Origin: Akkermansiaceae bacterium
GTDB taxonomy: Bacteria > Verrucomicrobiota > Verrucomicrobiia > Verrucomicrobiales > Akkermansiaceae
NCBI GenBank assembly: GCA_015061985.1
Contig: SUVN01000003.1
Coordinates: 41,024-105,023 of the forward strand
Direction: 5' to 3'
DNA: 64,000 bases
Below the pieces are notes generated by a model that saw only the letters and a program-made list of their open reading frames with translations, was not told the origin of the DNA and did not search any database. The translations under genes and the position numbers were made by a program. Below, piece after piece: positions 10,901 to 18,401 of the stretch (its first letter is position 1; the number at the start of each line of letters is the position of its first letter).

Positions 10901-11167
10901 GATGAACCATGGTATCTGGCAATTATGCACCGTCTGCTCTACGCGCTCGGCATCGGCATGTTTATAGCAGCAGCACAAACGGCCAGAGGAGATTTCGATC
11001 CCGTTTATGTAGACAAACGCGGCAACTTGTATACGAATCTTGATGATAAACCCACAGGCTGTTTTATTGCCATCATGTGGCTGATGCTGGCACTTTTCCT
11101 TGCTCCGCTCCTTATCATGGCACAGTGCCTGATACATTTCATCCGCAACTATATCAGCAACCGATAA
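7976..11167 (+). CDS. Large exported/membrane hypothetical protein: paralogous N-domain, two ~230-aa tandem repeats, C-terminal polytopic membrane region
   Basis: Start chosen at ATG 7976 (MKPTLGKLKWLIVAAAFALPLTVTAAP, a signal peptide), because the longer ORF from 7913 overlaps the upstream gene. Internal repeats lie at ~8755-9480 and ~9590-10260 (ISPEYVRFYHEVIVPKY versus ISPEYARFYHEVIIPKY). At least four hydrophobic helices occur after nt ~10380. Confidence 0.7.
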   Translation: MKPTLGKLKWLIVAAAFALPLTVTAAPTQNDRAAEAMLEAAKKKDDTMLATCRNRVVNMLVETGVITPERGKAITEAAVKNSGKSNIRVKYEDGKLVFLTSAAHLVRLQQETSKAENPDAAFAEKYVEAVSKSIGTADMLLRMGDHLSNINNATLGGWEDCIWIAVQNLMLQKNIDRDTAMKTDKIPFIRNYISWDEELKIFRLKEKEFAKDAGLNIPPDAPQPAPGGAGKPTGTGAGATTPSPDPQTPETNPDDPYADKFPGISPEIRKFWYNLKPLENKEDTTGFHNTVKAISRHLQPTITLTPGNSYEAIPFEQLTKEQSREGKNWYRGATAKARISPEYVRFYHEVIVPKYGAFMKALSTEVAVHRVKGTVKCGRRDRIYSISYKTPKDFKNTGSWLSFLTPDNPEAVFSKKAGDTVDMTMTVYYVPDIFSDYYTKPGDFKCHIYANLYDAEGKAIGFTQNYFAGNNLFWMEKGYAEELSFSNICLKDSAKVAGTEFDFISGAEKARRAKAGENPTAEPAEDGLEIEQPEIADEGTYAGIPRSMQEFWENVELPESKQDLNWFKKFTEDVDKYTQPQFIIKYANPYKQVAFERLNSSEAECSPYWFADATATLEISPEYARFYHEVIIPKYDEVLSFFATNRYESQAQGKLNDGKLQFDFADRYKGFWLYLADVDDPEALLKANAGDMVKVNITTYILPEAFRSSFQSSGSKSIECYAHAVDISGQKIRTSREGFYAHWEWLIKKIRVRLNFDAFYIVKTESGEPQQEYAKTIVTLRDEYDTFGQPRPEPSAPISEKAGYLGEIIGGIFVSLWFLSIPYMVWILYCEKKRAWKMLELPEDYTAPESPVFEIEGLRSEFDAIRDIWFNLETSEIEGELYYRFIQKKEIDACYKALEPFKSMTDLSNDEKYVLNEVGAALNNAQKRVLGCGMKQFVIICLLCGVAGLMTMFMTWIIPFVYYLSMKTPVYKAANDEPWYLAIMHRLLYALGIGMFIAAAQTARGDFDPVYVDKRGNLYTNLDDKPTGCFIAIMWLMLALFLAPLLIMAQCLIHFIRNYISNR

Positions 11168-11199
11168 ATTAAACCCAACAACAATCAAACTCAATCACA

Positions 11200-11829
11200 A
11201 TGACCAATACAATCAAATGGAGTGTGGGAGGAGGAGCAGGTCTGCTGCTCCTCCTGGGAGGCCTGGCCGTGTTCTATCCTGAAAAAACGGCCGAAGCAAA
11301 ACAATCCATTGAGGCCGCCGGGGCCGTCGCGGTGGATAAAATCATCGCCTCCATGGAGGAACGGGTAGGCAAAACCCGCGTGGCGCTGGAACACTATAAA
11401 ACCGCCTACAAGGCCAAGCGAGAATCTCTGGTGCAGCTTAAAACCCTGCACTCAGAGGCCAAACGCAAGGCGGCAGAAGCAACCGCCCGCGCCGCCGAGC
11501 TGAGAGTCGGCGGCAAGGAGGCGGCAGCGGCAGCCAAGGAGGCGGAAAAAGCCATGTTTGAGGAACAGGCAGTCAAACTGGCGGATTCTGCAGCCAAAGC
11601 GGAAGCAGCCTACAAGGAGTTTGACCTGTTTTTCAAGCGAAAGAAAGTGGAGCTGGACACGCTGAGTGCCAAAACGGAAATGCTCAAGGGTGAGCTGACG
11701 GCGCTGAGCGGCGGAGACGCCGGTTTTGCCATGAAGCGGGCTCGCGAACTGGAGGAAGAAGTGAAGAAGACCTGCAGCCGCCTGGATGCGGAGCTGCAGG
11801 TGCAGCAGCTTGATAATGAAATGGAATAA
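11200..11829 (+). CDS. Membrane-anchored coiled-coil protein (possible PspA/IM30-like)
   Basis: N-terminal TM helix (GGGAGLLLLLGGLAVFY) followed by ~170 aa of A/E/K-rich heptad-like sequence. The DKIIASMEERV...ALEHYKTAY segment aligns with the next protein. The PspA resemblance is by eye only. Confidence 0.5.
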   Translation: MTNTIKWSVGGGAGLLLLLGGLAVFYPEKTAEAKQSIEAAGAVAVDKIIASMEERVGKTRVALEHYKTAYKAKRESLVQLKTLHSEAKRKAAEATARAAELRVGGKEAAAAAKEAEKAMFEEQAVKLADSAAKAEAAYKEFDLFFKRKKVELDTLSAKTEMLKGELTALSGGDAGFAMKRARELEEEVKKTCSRLDAELQVQQLDNEME

Positions 11830-11846
11830 AACAGAACTATCACGAC

Positions 11847-12449
11847 ATGCTGAAAAAAATCATCATCTATAGCATAGCGGCGCTTCTCTTGCTGTTTGTC
11901 GGCACGATTATCTGCTCTGCGGAGTACAGGTCAGATGTCAAAATTCTCTGGTACTCGTTTGTGGGGGACAAAATCTCACGCATGGAGGCTCAGGTGGATC
12001 AGGGTACTCTGGCACTGGCGCGTTATGACCAGGCATATAACACAGCCTACAATAAGCTGACAGCCCTGATGGGGGCACAGGCAGATGCCGGGGTCGGAGT
12101 CAGACGCTTCCGGGAAGCCGCTGAAGCACAGCGGCAGGAAGGAAGGGAAGATCTGGCGCTCCGCAGTGAAGAGCAGGCCGCCTTTTTTGAATCCAAACAG
12201 GAGGCCGTTAAAAACAGCATCGAAAAACGCAAGACCAAACTGGAGGAACTCAAGAAGATTCGCGAGCGCGCCTATCAGGATGTCCGCTTTGCCCGCCAGC
12301 GCATTGCCATGATGCAGACGATGCGGGATTCACTGGATGATGCCGGGATGCAGGATGTGCTGGATAAGGCGGAGCAGAACGTGGCCAATCTGCAAAGCAA
12401 CTGTAACCGGCTGAATGCGGAGATTGATGTTCTGCTGATGCTGGACTGA
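11847..12449 (+). CDS. Membrane-anchored coiled-coil protein, paralogue of the 11200-11829 product (possible PspA/IM30-like)
   Basis: N-terminal TM helix (IIIYSIAALLLLFVGTIICS). DKISRMEAQVDQGTLALARYDQAY parallels the upstream protein. The GREDLALRSEEQ and RQRIAMMQTMRDSLDD segments are reminiscent of PspA helices. Confidence 0.5.
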   Translation: MLKKIIIYSIAALLLLFVGTIICSAEYRSDVKILWYSFVGDKISRMEAQVDQGTLALARYDQAYNTAYNKLTALMGAQADAGVGVRRFREAAEAQRQEGREDLALRSEEQAAFFESKQEAVKNSIEKRKTKLEELKKIRERAYQDVRFARQRIAMMQTMRDSLDDAGMQDVLDKAEQNVANLQSNCNRLNAEIDVLLMLD

Positions 12450-12471
12450 ACTGCCCGGATTCCTACATGCC

Positions 12472-13137
12472 ATGACACTCATCGAAAACGAATTCTGGAA
12501 TGCGGTCTTAGTACTGTTCGTGCTCTGCGCAGTTGTTGCCGCTATTTTGCGGGGAATTTATTTCCACATCAAGTCCGGTCAGGTAGTCGGGCCGGCGGAA
12601 GATGAATACCGCGACAAGGGCAACCACAGTTGCTCCATGGGCTGTGCCTTAGGTGCTATCTTTCTGTTTGTCAACCTGGGGGGCATACTGATGCTGACCG
12701 GCCCCATCCTTTTTCTGGGAGCAGATAAGGAGCGGGAACGCCGGGAAAAGGAAGCGGCTGTTGACATCAATCCGCTGACACAGGGTCCCGTCTCCATACT
12801 GGCAAAGGAAAAGCCCATGCTGTACGAGCACTATTGCGAACTGGGGCGGGTGATTGACTCTATCGAGGCTCTCCGCCTGGAGGAGGAAGCCGCACGTGCC
12901 AATATGAGTAACCGGGATGCCCGGAACAGACTAAGCAAAAATATTGCCGGGTACAAAGCCGCACTGAAACGGTATGGCGAACTCAGAAAAAATGTCGAAA
13001 CACAGGCAGGTTATCTGTATTTTGCCAGATTCTTCTCCAATCTGGGCAGGCGCTTCAATGAAGAAGACCTGCTGAAGGACTTGAGCAAAACGGAACAGGA
13101 GCTTAAACAGGAGCTGCTCAACCGACCGAATAAGTAA
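12472..13137 (+). CDS. Membrane protein with two TM helices and a C-terminal coiled coil
   Basis: Hydrophobic segments FWNAVLVLFVLCAVVAAILRGIYF and ALGAIFLFVNLGGILMLTGPILFLGA, followed by charged helical sequence. It starts 22 nt after the previous stop. Confidence 0.6.
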   Translation: MTLIENEFWNAVLVLFVLCAVVAAILRGIYFHIKSGQVVGPAEDEYRDKGNHSCSMGCALGAIFLFVNLGGILMLTGPILFLGADKERERREKEAAVDINPLTQGPVSILAKEKPMLYEHYCELGRVIDSIEALRLEEEAARANMSNRDARNRLSKNIAGYKAALKRYGELRKNVETQAGYLYFARFFSNLGRRFNEEDLLKDLSKTEQELKQELLNRPNK

Positions 13138-13171
13138 GCGAGAAATATACTCAAACTGATTAATTAATCTC

Positions 13172-13711
13172 ATGAAAGGATGGTTTCTTTTGTCCTGCGT
13201 TCTCTTTGTGCCGACAGCCGGCTATTATTTCCTCACCAAAGGGGACGAAGATGCGAAATACAAAGCACTGCCGGATGCGGATGTATTCGTTACCAGTATT
13301 GAATTAGAGGATTTCGAGGAGTTCCTCTCATCGGGTAATGAGCTGGCAGAAAATGCCTACATCAGCAAGCTTCCGTACCCCGGTATTCGGGAAAAAGCAG
13401 GTGAACTCAGAGAGCGCTACAACCGCAGAGCTCAGATGATTCGTATCATTGACACCCGCAAGCGCGAATTCAGCTCCAAAAAGTTGATTAACCGTGACGT
13501 TGTGAATCGCGTCAACCGTAATCTTCAGGAGGAGAAAAAGAAAAATGCAGTCGTAAAGCAGCATTATGAAAAAATAATCAGCTTTGCAGAAATGCATGAA
13601 GCGGAAGCTCTTATTTCAAGGAACTCGGCCACAATGCAAAACAGGGTCAAAGAGTTGGAAAAAGAAAATGAGGCGCTGCTCAAAACGCTGGATGCTCCGC
13701 TGAACTTCTGA
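13172..13711 (+). CDS. Membrane-anchored coiled-coil protein
   Basis: N-terminal TM helix (GWFLLSCVLFVPTAGYYFL) followed by a K/E/R-rich helical region. Last gene of the co-directional block. Confidence 0.6.
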   Translation: MKGWFLLSCVLFVPTAGYYFLTKGDEDAKYKALPDADVFVTSIELEDFEEFLSSGNELAENAYISKLPYPGIREKAGELRERYNRRAQMIRIIDTRKREFSSKKLINRDVVNRVNRNLQEEKKKNAVVKQHYEKIISFAEMHEAEALISRNSATMQNRVKELEKENEALLKTLDAPLNF

Positions 13712-13738
13712 ACCTGCGCAACATGTGCGTTCATGCCC

Positions 13739-13775
13739 TCACCCCCGTTTCGCCGGAATGGCGGAGCGGGGGTGA
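13739..13775. terminator. GC-rich hairpin between convergent genes (putative terminator)
   Basis: tcacccccg (13739-13747) pairs with cgggggtga (13767-13775). It lies between the end of the 13172-13711 gene and the end of pdxH. There is no clean U-run on either strand. Confidence 0.45.
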
Positions 13776-13785
13776 TGATGTTGTA

Positions 13786-14424
13786 TCAGGGCTGCAGGCG
13801 CTCAATGCTCCAGGTGGAGTCGGGCTGCAGGGTGTACATGAAGCGGTCATGCACGCGGCCGGGGCCGCCCTGCCAGAACTCCACATGGTGCGGGACGATG
13901 CGGAAGCCGCCCCAGAAATCCGGCAGGGGTACCTGCCCTTCCGAGAATTTGTGCTTCAGCTCCTGCAATTTCATCATCAGCAGTTTGCGGGTGGAGATAA
14001 CCTGGCTCTGGTGCGATACCCAGGCACCCAGCTGGCTCTCACGCGGTCGGGAAAGGAAGTATTTGAGGGTTTCAGCGCGCGAGATTTTCTCTGCGCGGCC
14101 ATAGACGATAATCTGGCGCTCCAGAGTGACCCAGGGGAGCAGCATGCATATCTCCGGGTTGGCCTCCAGCTCACGTGCTTTGCGGCTGGTATAGTTGGTG
14201 AAGAAGACGTAACCGCGGTCATCATAATACTTGAGCAGCACCGTGCGCAGGGAGGGACGACCCTCCGGGGTGGCGGTGGCGATGCTGATGGCGTTCGGCT
14301 CCGGAATGCCGGCTTCCAGCGCCTGTTTGAACCAACGGTCAAACTGGACGAAGGGCGAGTCCGCCAAATCCCGCCGATGCAACGTGTCCTTGAGGTATTC
14401 TTCTCTGAATGCAGATAAGTCCAT
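13786..14424 (-). CDS. pdxH: Pyridoxamine 5'-phosphate oxidase
   Basis: 212 aa. NAISIATATPEGRPSLRTVLLK, YVFFTNYTSRK, LGAWVSHQSQVI, and the C-terminal HVEFWQGGPGRVHDRF...ERLQP motif typical of PdxH. Confidence 0.9.
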   Translation of the reverse strand: MDLSAFREEYLKDTLHRRDLADSPFVQFDRWFKQALEAGIPEPNAISIATATPEGRPSLRTVLLKYYDDRGYVFFTNYTSRKARELEANPEICMLLPWVTLERQIIVYGRAEKISRAETLKYFLSRPRESQLGAWVSHQSQVISTRKLLMMKLQELKHKFSEGQVPLPDFWGGFRIVPHHVEFWQGGPGRVHDRFMYTLQPDSTWSIERLQP

Positions 14425-14503
14425 GCCCGCACTATACCACCTCTACCCCGCTTCCGCAAGTCAAAGACTTGCTCATTCAGCTAAATTGTGCTAGAATCCG
14501 CAC

Positions 14504-15481
14504 ATGGCTCTGCCGGATTTCAGCATCTTTCCCTTGTACCTGGCTCCCATGGCGGGAGTTACTGACCCCATCTTCCGCACGCTCTGCAAGGAGGAAGGGG
14601 CCGATGTCATGGTGACGGAGTTTGTCTCCTCCGAGGGTGTGTTGCAGGCGTGGGAACGCAACCGGCGCTATGTGGAGTTTGCGGAGGAGCACCGCCCGCT
14701 GGGCATTCAGATTTTCGGCTCCGTCCCGGAGCACATGGCGCAGGCCGCACGCATCATCACGGATGCCATGCACCCGGATTTTCTGGATATCAACGCCGGA
14801 TGCCCTGTGCCGAAAGTGGTGGGCAAGAATGGGGGCTCTTCCCTGCTGAAAGATTTGCCGCTGCTGCAGCGCATTGCCGCTGCCGTGGTGCAGGAGCTGG
14901 GCAACGACTGCCCCGTGACGGTCAAAATCCGCATCGGCTGGGATGCGGAGCATGTCTGCGCGCTCGAAGCTGCCCGACGGCTTCAGGATGCCGGGGTACA
15001 GGCGCTGGCCATCCACGGCCGCACCCGCTCCCAGCAATACGGGGGAAAGGCTGACTGGGATATCATTGATGCCTGCGCCCGCAGCGTTGGCATACCCGTC
15101 ATCGGTAATGGGGATATCTGCACCCCGCAGGATGTGCAACGCGCCCGCGAATCAACGGCGGTAGCGGGCGTGATGATTGGGCGCGCCGCCATGAATGCCC
15201 CCTGGCTCTTCCGACAGGCGAGAGAATATCTGACCACCGGCATCATCCCGGAGGCTCCCGCACCCGCGCAACGCATCGCCTTCATGCTGCGCCACACGCG
15301 CCTGGCCATCGACAGCGGGCACTATGGCGAGGAGCTTGTCACCATGCGCGCCATGAGGGCACGGCTGCTGGCCTATGCCAAGGGTATACCCGGCACCAAG
15401 CCGCTGCGTCCCCGGCTCTCCCGCGTAGCTTCGTATGCAGAGCTGGCGGATATTCTGGGCGAAACGGGAATCTGTTTCTGA
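14504..15481 (+). CDS. dus: tRNA-dihydrouridine synthase
   Basis: LAPMAGVTDPIFRTLC, FLDINAGCPVPKV, AIHGRTR, IPVIGNGDI: the Dus-family FMN/TIM-barrel motifs. Confidence 0.9.
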   Translation: MALPDFSIFPLYLAPMAGVTDPIFRTLCKEEGADVMVTEFVSSEGVLQAWERNRRYVEFAEEHRPLGIQIFGSVPEHMAQAARIITDAMHPDFLDINAGCPVPKVVGKNGGSSLLKDLPLLQRIAAAVVQELGNDCPVTVKIRIGWDAEHVCALEAARRLQDAGVQALAIHGRTRSQQYGGKADWDIIDACARSVGIPVIGNGDICTPQDVQRARESTAVAGVMIGRAAMNAPWLFRQAREYLTTGIIPEAPAPAQRIAFMLRHTRLAIDSGHYGEELVTMRAMRARLLAYAKGIPGTKPLRPRLSRVASYAELADILGETGICF

Positions 15482-15490
15482 TGGACAGAC

Positions 15491-16282
15491 TCAGAGAATA
15501 TCGCGGAATTTGGAGGCCGTCTCGCGGAACTGGAGGAAGCTGGTCAGGTGCTCATTCTCCAGCAGAGTGACAAAGCGTCCTTCTTTCACCAGGGTGCGCA
15601 ATCCATGGTCACCGAACAACTGTAGGAATCGCGAGGGTTGGGGGATTCCCCTCTGCGCCAGCTGGGCATTGTAGAAGGCGGTGTAGGTGGGCTCATCCAG
15701 CGTGCATCCGAATGCCACCAGACAGGCGAGGTTGGTCTGCTCCCGGTTTTCCATCAAATCAATGGCTGATACCCAGGCGGTCCAGGGATGCTGCCGCAGA
15801 GCCTCGCATGCCTGTGTGCTCCAGGGCAGCGTCGGGAGGGCAGCGCCGTTAATCTGCGCTTCTGCCAGCTCGTGATAATGGCGGATTTTAGCAATACTTC
15901 CATAGTAGGAAAGCCCCATCACCCCGACCCAGAGCATCAGGAAGCTCATCAGAATAGTGGTCAGCACGCCGCCGGCGCTCAGCTTCTTCTTCCAGGAGAA
16001 TAACTGCGTAAACCAGGAGATGATGTGAAAGAAGAGCAACAGAATGAAAATGGCCGCGCCCCAGGCCAGCACCTGCACCATCCAGGGCTGAGGCGTGTCC
16101 GTAACAAAGGCCAGATAGGTGAAACCGTTACGTTGCAGGAACATCCACGCCGCCACGGCACAGATGACGGCCGTGGCCAGCACAATCATCCTGATAACAC
16201 CCTTGAAAATCACAAAGAACAGGATGGAAAGCAAGATGACTCCCAGGACAATCAGCAATGCGTGGTTCTGTAGCAGTTCCAT
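15491..16282 (-). CDS. Integral membrane hypothetical protein
   Basis: About five N-terminal hydrophobic helices followed by a soluble C-terminal part. It starts 6 nt downstream of the cytochrome gene stop, so it is probably co-transcribed. Confidence 0.6.
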   Translation of the reverse strand: MELLQNHALLIVLGVILLSILFFVIFKGVIRMIVLATAVICAVAAWMFLQRNGFTYLAFVTDTPQPWMVQVLAWGAAIFILLLFFHIISWFTQLFSWKKKLSAGGVLTTILMSFLMLWVGVMGLSYYGSIAKIRHYHELAEAQINGAALPTLPWSTQACEALRQHPWTAWVSAIDLMENREQTNLACLVAFGCTLDEPTYTAFYNAQLAQRGIPQPSRFLQLFGDHGLRTLVKEGRFVTLLENEHLTSFLQFRETASKFRDIL

Positions 16283-16288
16283 AAAAAT

Positions 16289-18316
16289 TTATCGTTGTTG
16301 CATCTGTTGGTTCAGCATTTTCAGGGTTTCTGCGGCAGCAGCATGCGTCGGCTGCAACCGAACAGACTTCTCCAGCGCCCGGCGCCCTGCCTCCGGCATT
16401 CCCACCTCCACCAGCAGGATACCCAGGCGGTACTGAGCCTCTGCATTATCCGGTGCCGCAGCCGTGCAGGCCAGCATCTGCTGCAGTGCTTCCCGCAACC
16501 TGTTCTGCTGAGCCAGGAATACGGCATAATCCATGCGGGCCACAGCCGATGTAGCATCCAGCTCAATAGCGCGGAGATACTGCTTCTCTGCCTCCGCGCG
16601 TCTGCCCTCTGCCGCCGCCAGCATGGCCAGCTGCATGGCACCGGGCGGCTGTTCGCTCTGCAAGGCAGCCGTTTCTTTCATTTCACGCAGGACGGATTGC
16701 CCCTCAGGCATGCGTGTCACACGGGGGAAGAGCCGCCAGCCGGCCGCATGGCGCACCACCCGGGCATCATCCCGCAGCAAAGGCACAAGCTCTGCCGGAG
16801 GTAACAGCTGTACGGCGACAGCCCTGACCAGCGGGTCACTATCCTGAGCGGCGAGCCGCGCCGTTTCCCTCACTTCCGGGGTCAGGGGGTACTGAGCCAT
16901 GAGCCCCAGCAGAGTGGCGCGCCAGGCACTCACCTCCTCTGCCTCATATGCTTTCAGCAACTGTTCCGCACTGCCCCTGCCCTGCATGGCTGCCCCGGCG
17001 GCACGGAAGCGGAAGCGGTACTTCTCCATCCGCTTACCATAGCGTTTCTCCAGATAGTCAGCCGCCCATTGATGGTCTTTGTCCCTGTGGCAATCCAGGC
17101 AGGGATCCGGCACACCCAGCTCCATACTCATGCGCGGATCAGGCCAGTGCAGAGCATGATCGCGGCGGCCATCGCGCCCCATGTAGGTCATCTCCGGCAT
17201 GTGGCAATCCACGCAGCGGTTCTCATGTCCGCCGCAGAGCGCATTACGCTTCACCTGCGGGGCAAGCACGCCGTTCACCACCTTATTCTCTGCGTGGCAT
17301 TGGAGGCAGAGGCGGTCGTTCTCCATGGACTCCGTCAGCCCCCCGGTGTGCGGATTGTGGCAATCGTAGCAGGTCACCCCGGTATTCCCCATACGGCTGA
17401 GCCGGAAACTTGTCTCGCAGTAATCTTCCTCACGCTGTAAACCGTTGGGGTAAAACACTCCCGGAACGGAAGGCAGCTCCAGCCGATAATGGTCATCGAA
17501 GCGGTCGCCGATGGTGAATCGGTCTGTCAGCTCCTCTCGGCGGGCATGGCAGGAGGCGCAGTTGTCATCATGCTGCTGCGGAGTCAGGGCGCGGTCTTCC
17601 CTGCTGACCATGCAACCGTCATCCGCCGGATGCTCTGCCACACGGTGGCACTGCACGCAGGTAACTCCCGGCTCGCTCCAGGTGGAGGCATACTGATTCT
17701 TTTCCGCATCATAATTCTTGCGGAATCCGCTCATGTGGCACCAGGCACACTGCGAGTTCCAGTTCATGCCCCGCCCCTGCCAGTGGCCCCATTCACCGGG
17801 CTTGCGCTCCGCACCGCCGGAAGCCTGCTGCAGCGCATCATCACGAAACACGTCAAACCATTCTTTCTTCTGCACATCCCATGCAGCGCTGGGAGTCTGC
17901 AACCCACCGTCCGGCCAACGCACCAGATACTGCTCCAGCGGCGTGGTACCGACCACGGAATCCACGGCATACACCTTCCCGCTTCGCACATCACGAATCT
18001 GCGGATTGCCCTGCGCGTCCTTCTCCATGCTCAGGTCCATGCCGTGTGCGGTTATGCGGCGACCGTCAAACGCCGCCGCATCCTCCGTGCGTAGCTTTCG
18101 CCAGGCCCAGGCATGGTGGCTGCCGGCCCATTCGTCATACTCTTTGCGGTGGCAGGCAGCACATTGCAACGAAATGGGTATGGCCGTCTCATCCCAATGA
18201 GCAGATGATGCCGCAGGAGCAGCAGAGGGAGACCCGGCCACGCCCACAAAAGCAGCCGTCAGCCCAACCAGAGACAAAACTATTCCCAACGTTCGCACGG
18301 CAGCATGATACCACAT
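16289..18316 (-). CDS. Multiheme (8 x CXXCH) c-type cytochrome fused to HEAT-like and TPR repeats
   Basis: N-terminal signal/anchor (LGIVLSLVGLTAAFVGVAG). Heme motifs: CAACH, CAWCH, CVQCH, CASCH, CYDCH, CLQCH, CVDCH, CLDCH. The C-terminus has DSDPLVRAVAVQLL / DDARVVRHAA (HEAT-like) and TPR-like AEKQYLRAIELD...AEAQYRLGILL. Confidence 0.85.
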   Translation of the reverse strand: MWYHAAVRTLGIVLSLVGLTAAFVGVAGSPSAAPAASSAHWDETAIPISLQCAACHRKEYDEWAGSHHAWAWRKLRTEDAAAFDGRRITAHGMDLSMEKDAQGNPQIRDVRSGKVYAVDSVVGTTPLEQYLVRWPDGGLQTPSAAWDVQKKEWFDVFRDDALQQASGGAERKPGEWGHWQGRGMNWNSQCAWCHMSGFRKNYDAEKNQYASTWSEPGVTCVQCHRVAEHPADDGCMVSREDRALTPQQHDDNCASCHARREELTDRFTIGDRFDDHYRLELPSVPGVFYPNGLQREEDYCETSFRLSRMGNTGVTCYDCHNPHTGGLTESMENDRLCLQCHAENKVVNGVLAPQVKRNALCGGHENRCVDCHMPEMTYMGRDGRRDHALHWPDPRMSMELGVPDPCLDCHRDKDHQWAADYLEKRYGKRMEKYRFRFRAAGAAMQGRGSAEQLLKAYEAEEVSAWRATLLGLMAQYPLTPEVRETARLAAQDSDPLVRAVAVQLLPPAELVPLLRDDARVVRHAAGWRLFPRVTRMPEGQSVLREMKETAALQSEQPPGAMQLAMLAAAEGRRAEAEKQYLRAIELDATSAVARMDYAVFLAQQNRLREALQQMLACTAAAPDNAEAQYRLGILLVEVGMPEAGRRALEKSVRLQPTHAAAAETLKMLNQQMQQR

Positions 18317-18334
18317 TCTCCGGCATTTGACAAA

Positions 18335-18376
18335 CGGAAAAACGACCTGCTACCGGAGGTCGGCAAGCAGGTCGTT
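18335..18376 (-). terminator. Rho-independent terminator of the S41 peptidase gene
   Basis: An 11-bp stem, aacgacctgct (18341-18351) / agcaggtcgtt (18366-18376). On the minus strand it is followed by TTTTTCC (plus-strand ggaaaaa at 18335-18341). Confidence 0.75.
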
Positions 18377-18401
18377 ATCTGAATAAATTGAAACAGAGCT
18401 A

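Noticed and set aside
13723-14418. A 231-aa plus-strand ORF covering the pdxH locus.
   Set aside because: The opposite strand encodes a textbook PdxH with its C-terminal EFWQG...HDR motif. The plus-strand translation has no motifs.
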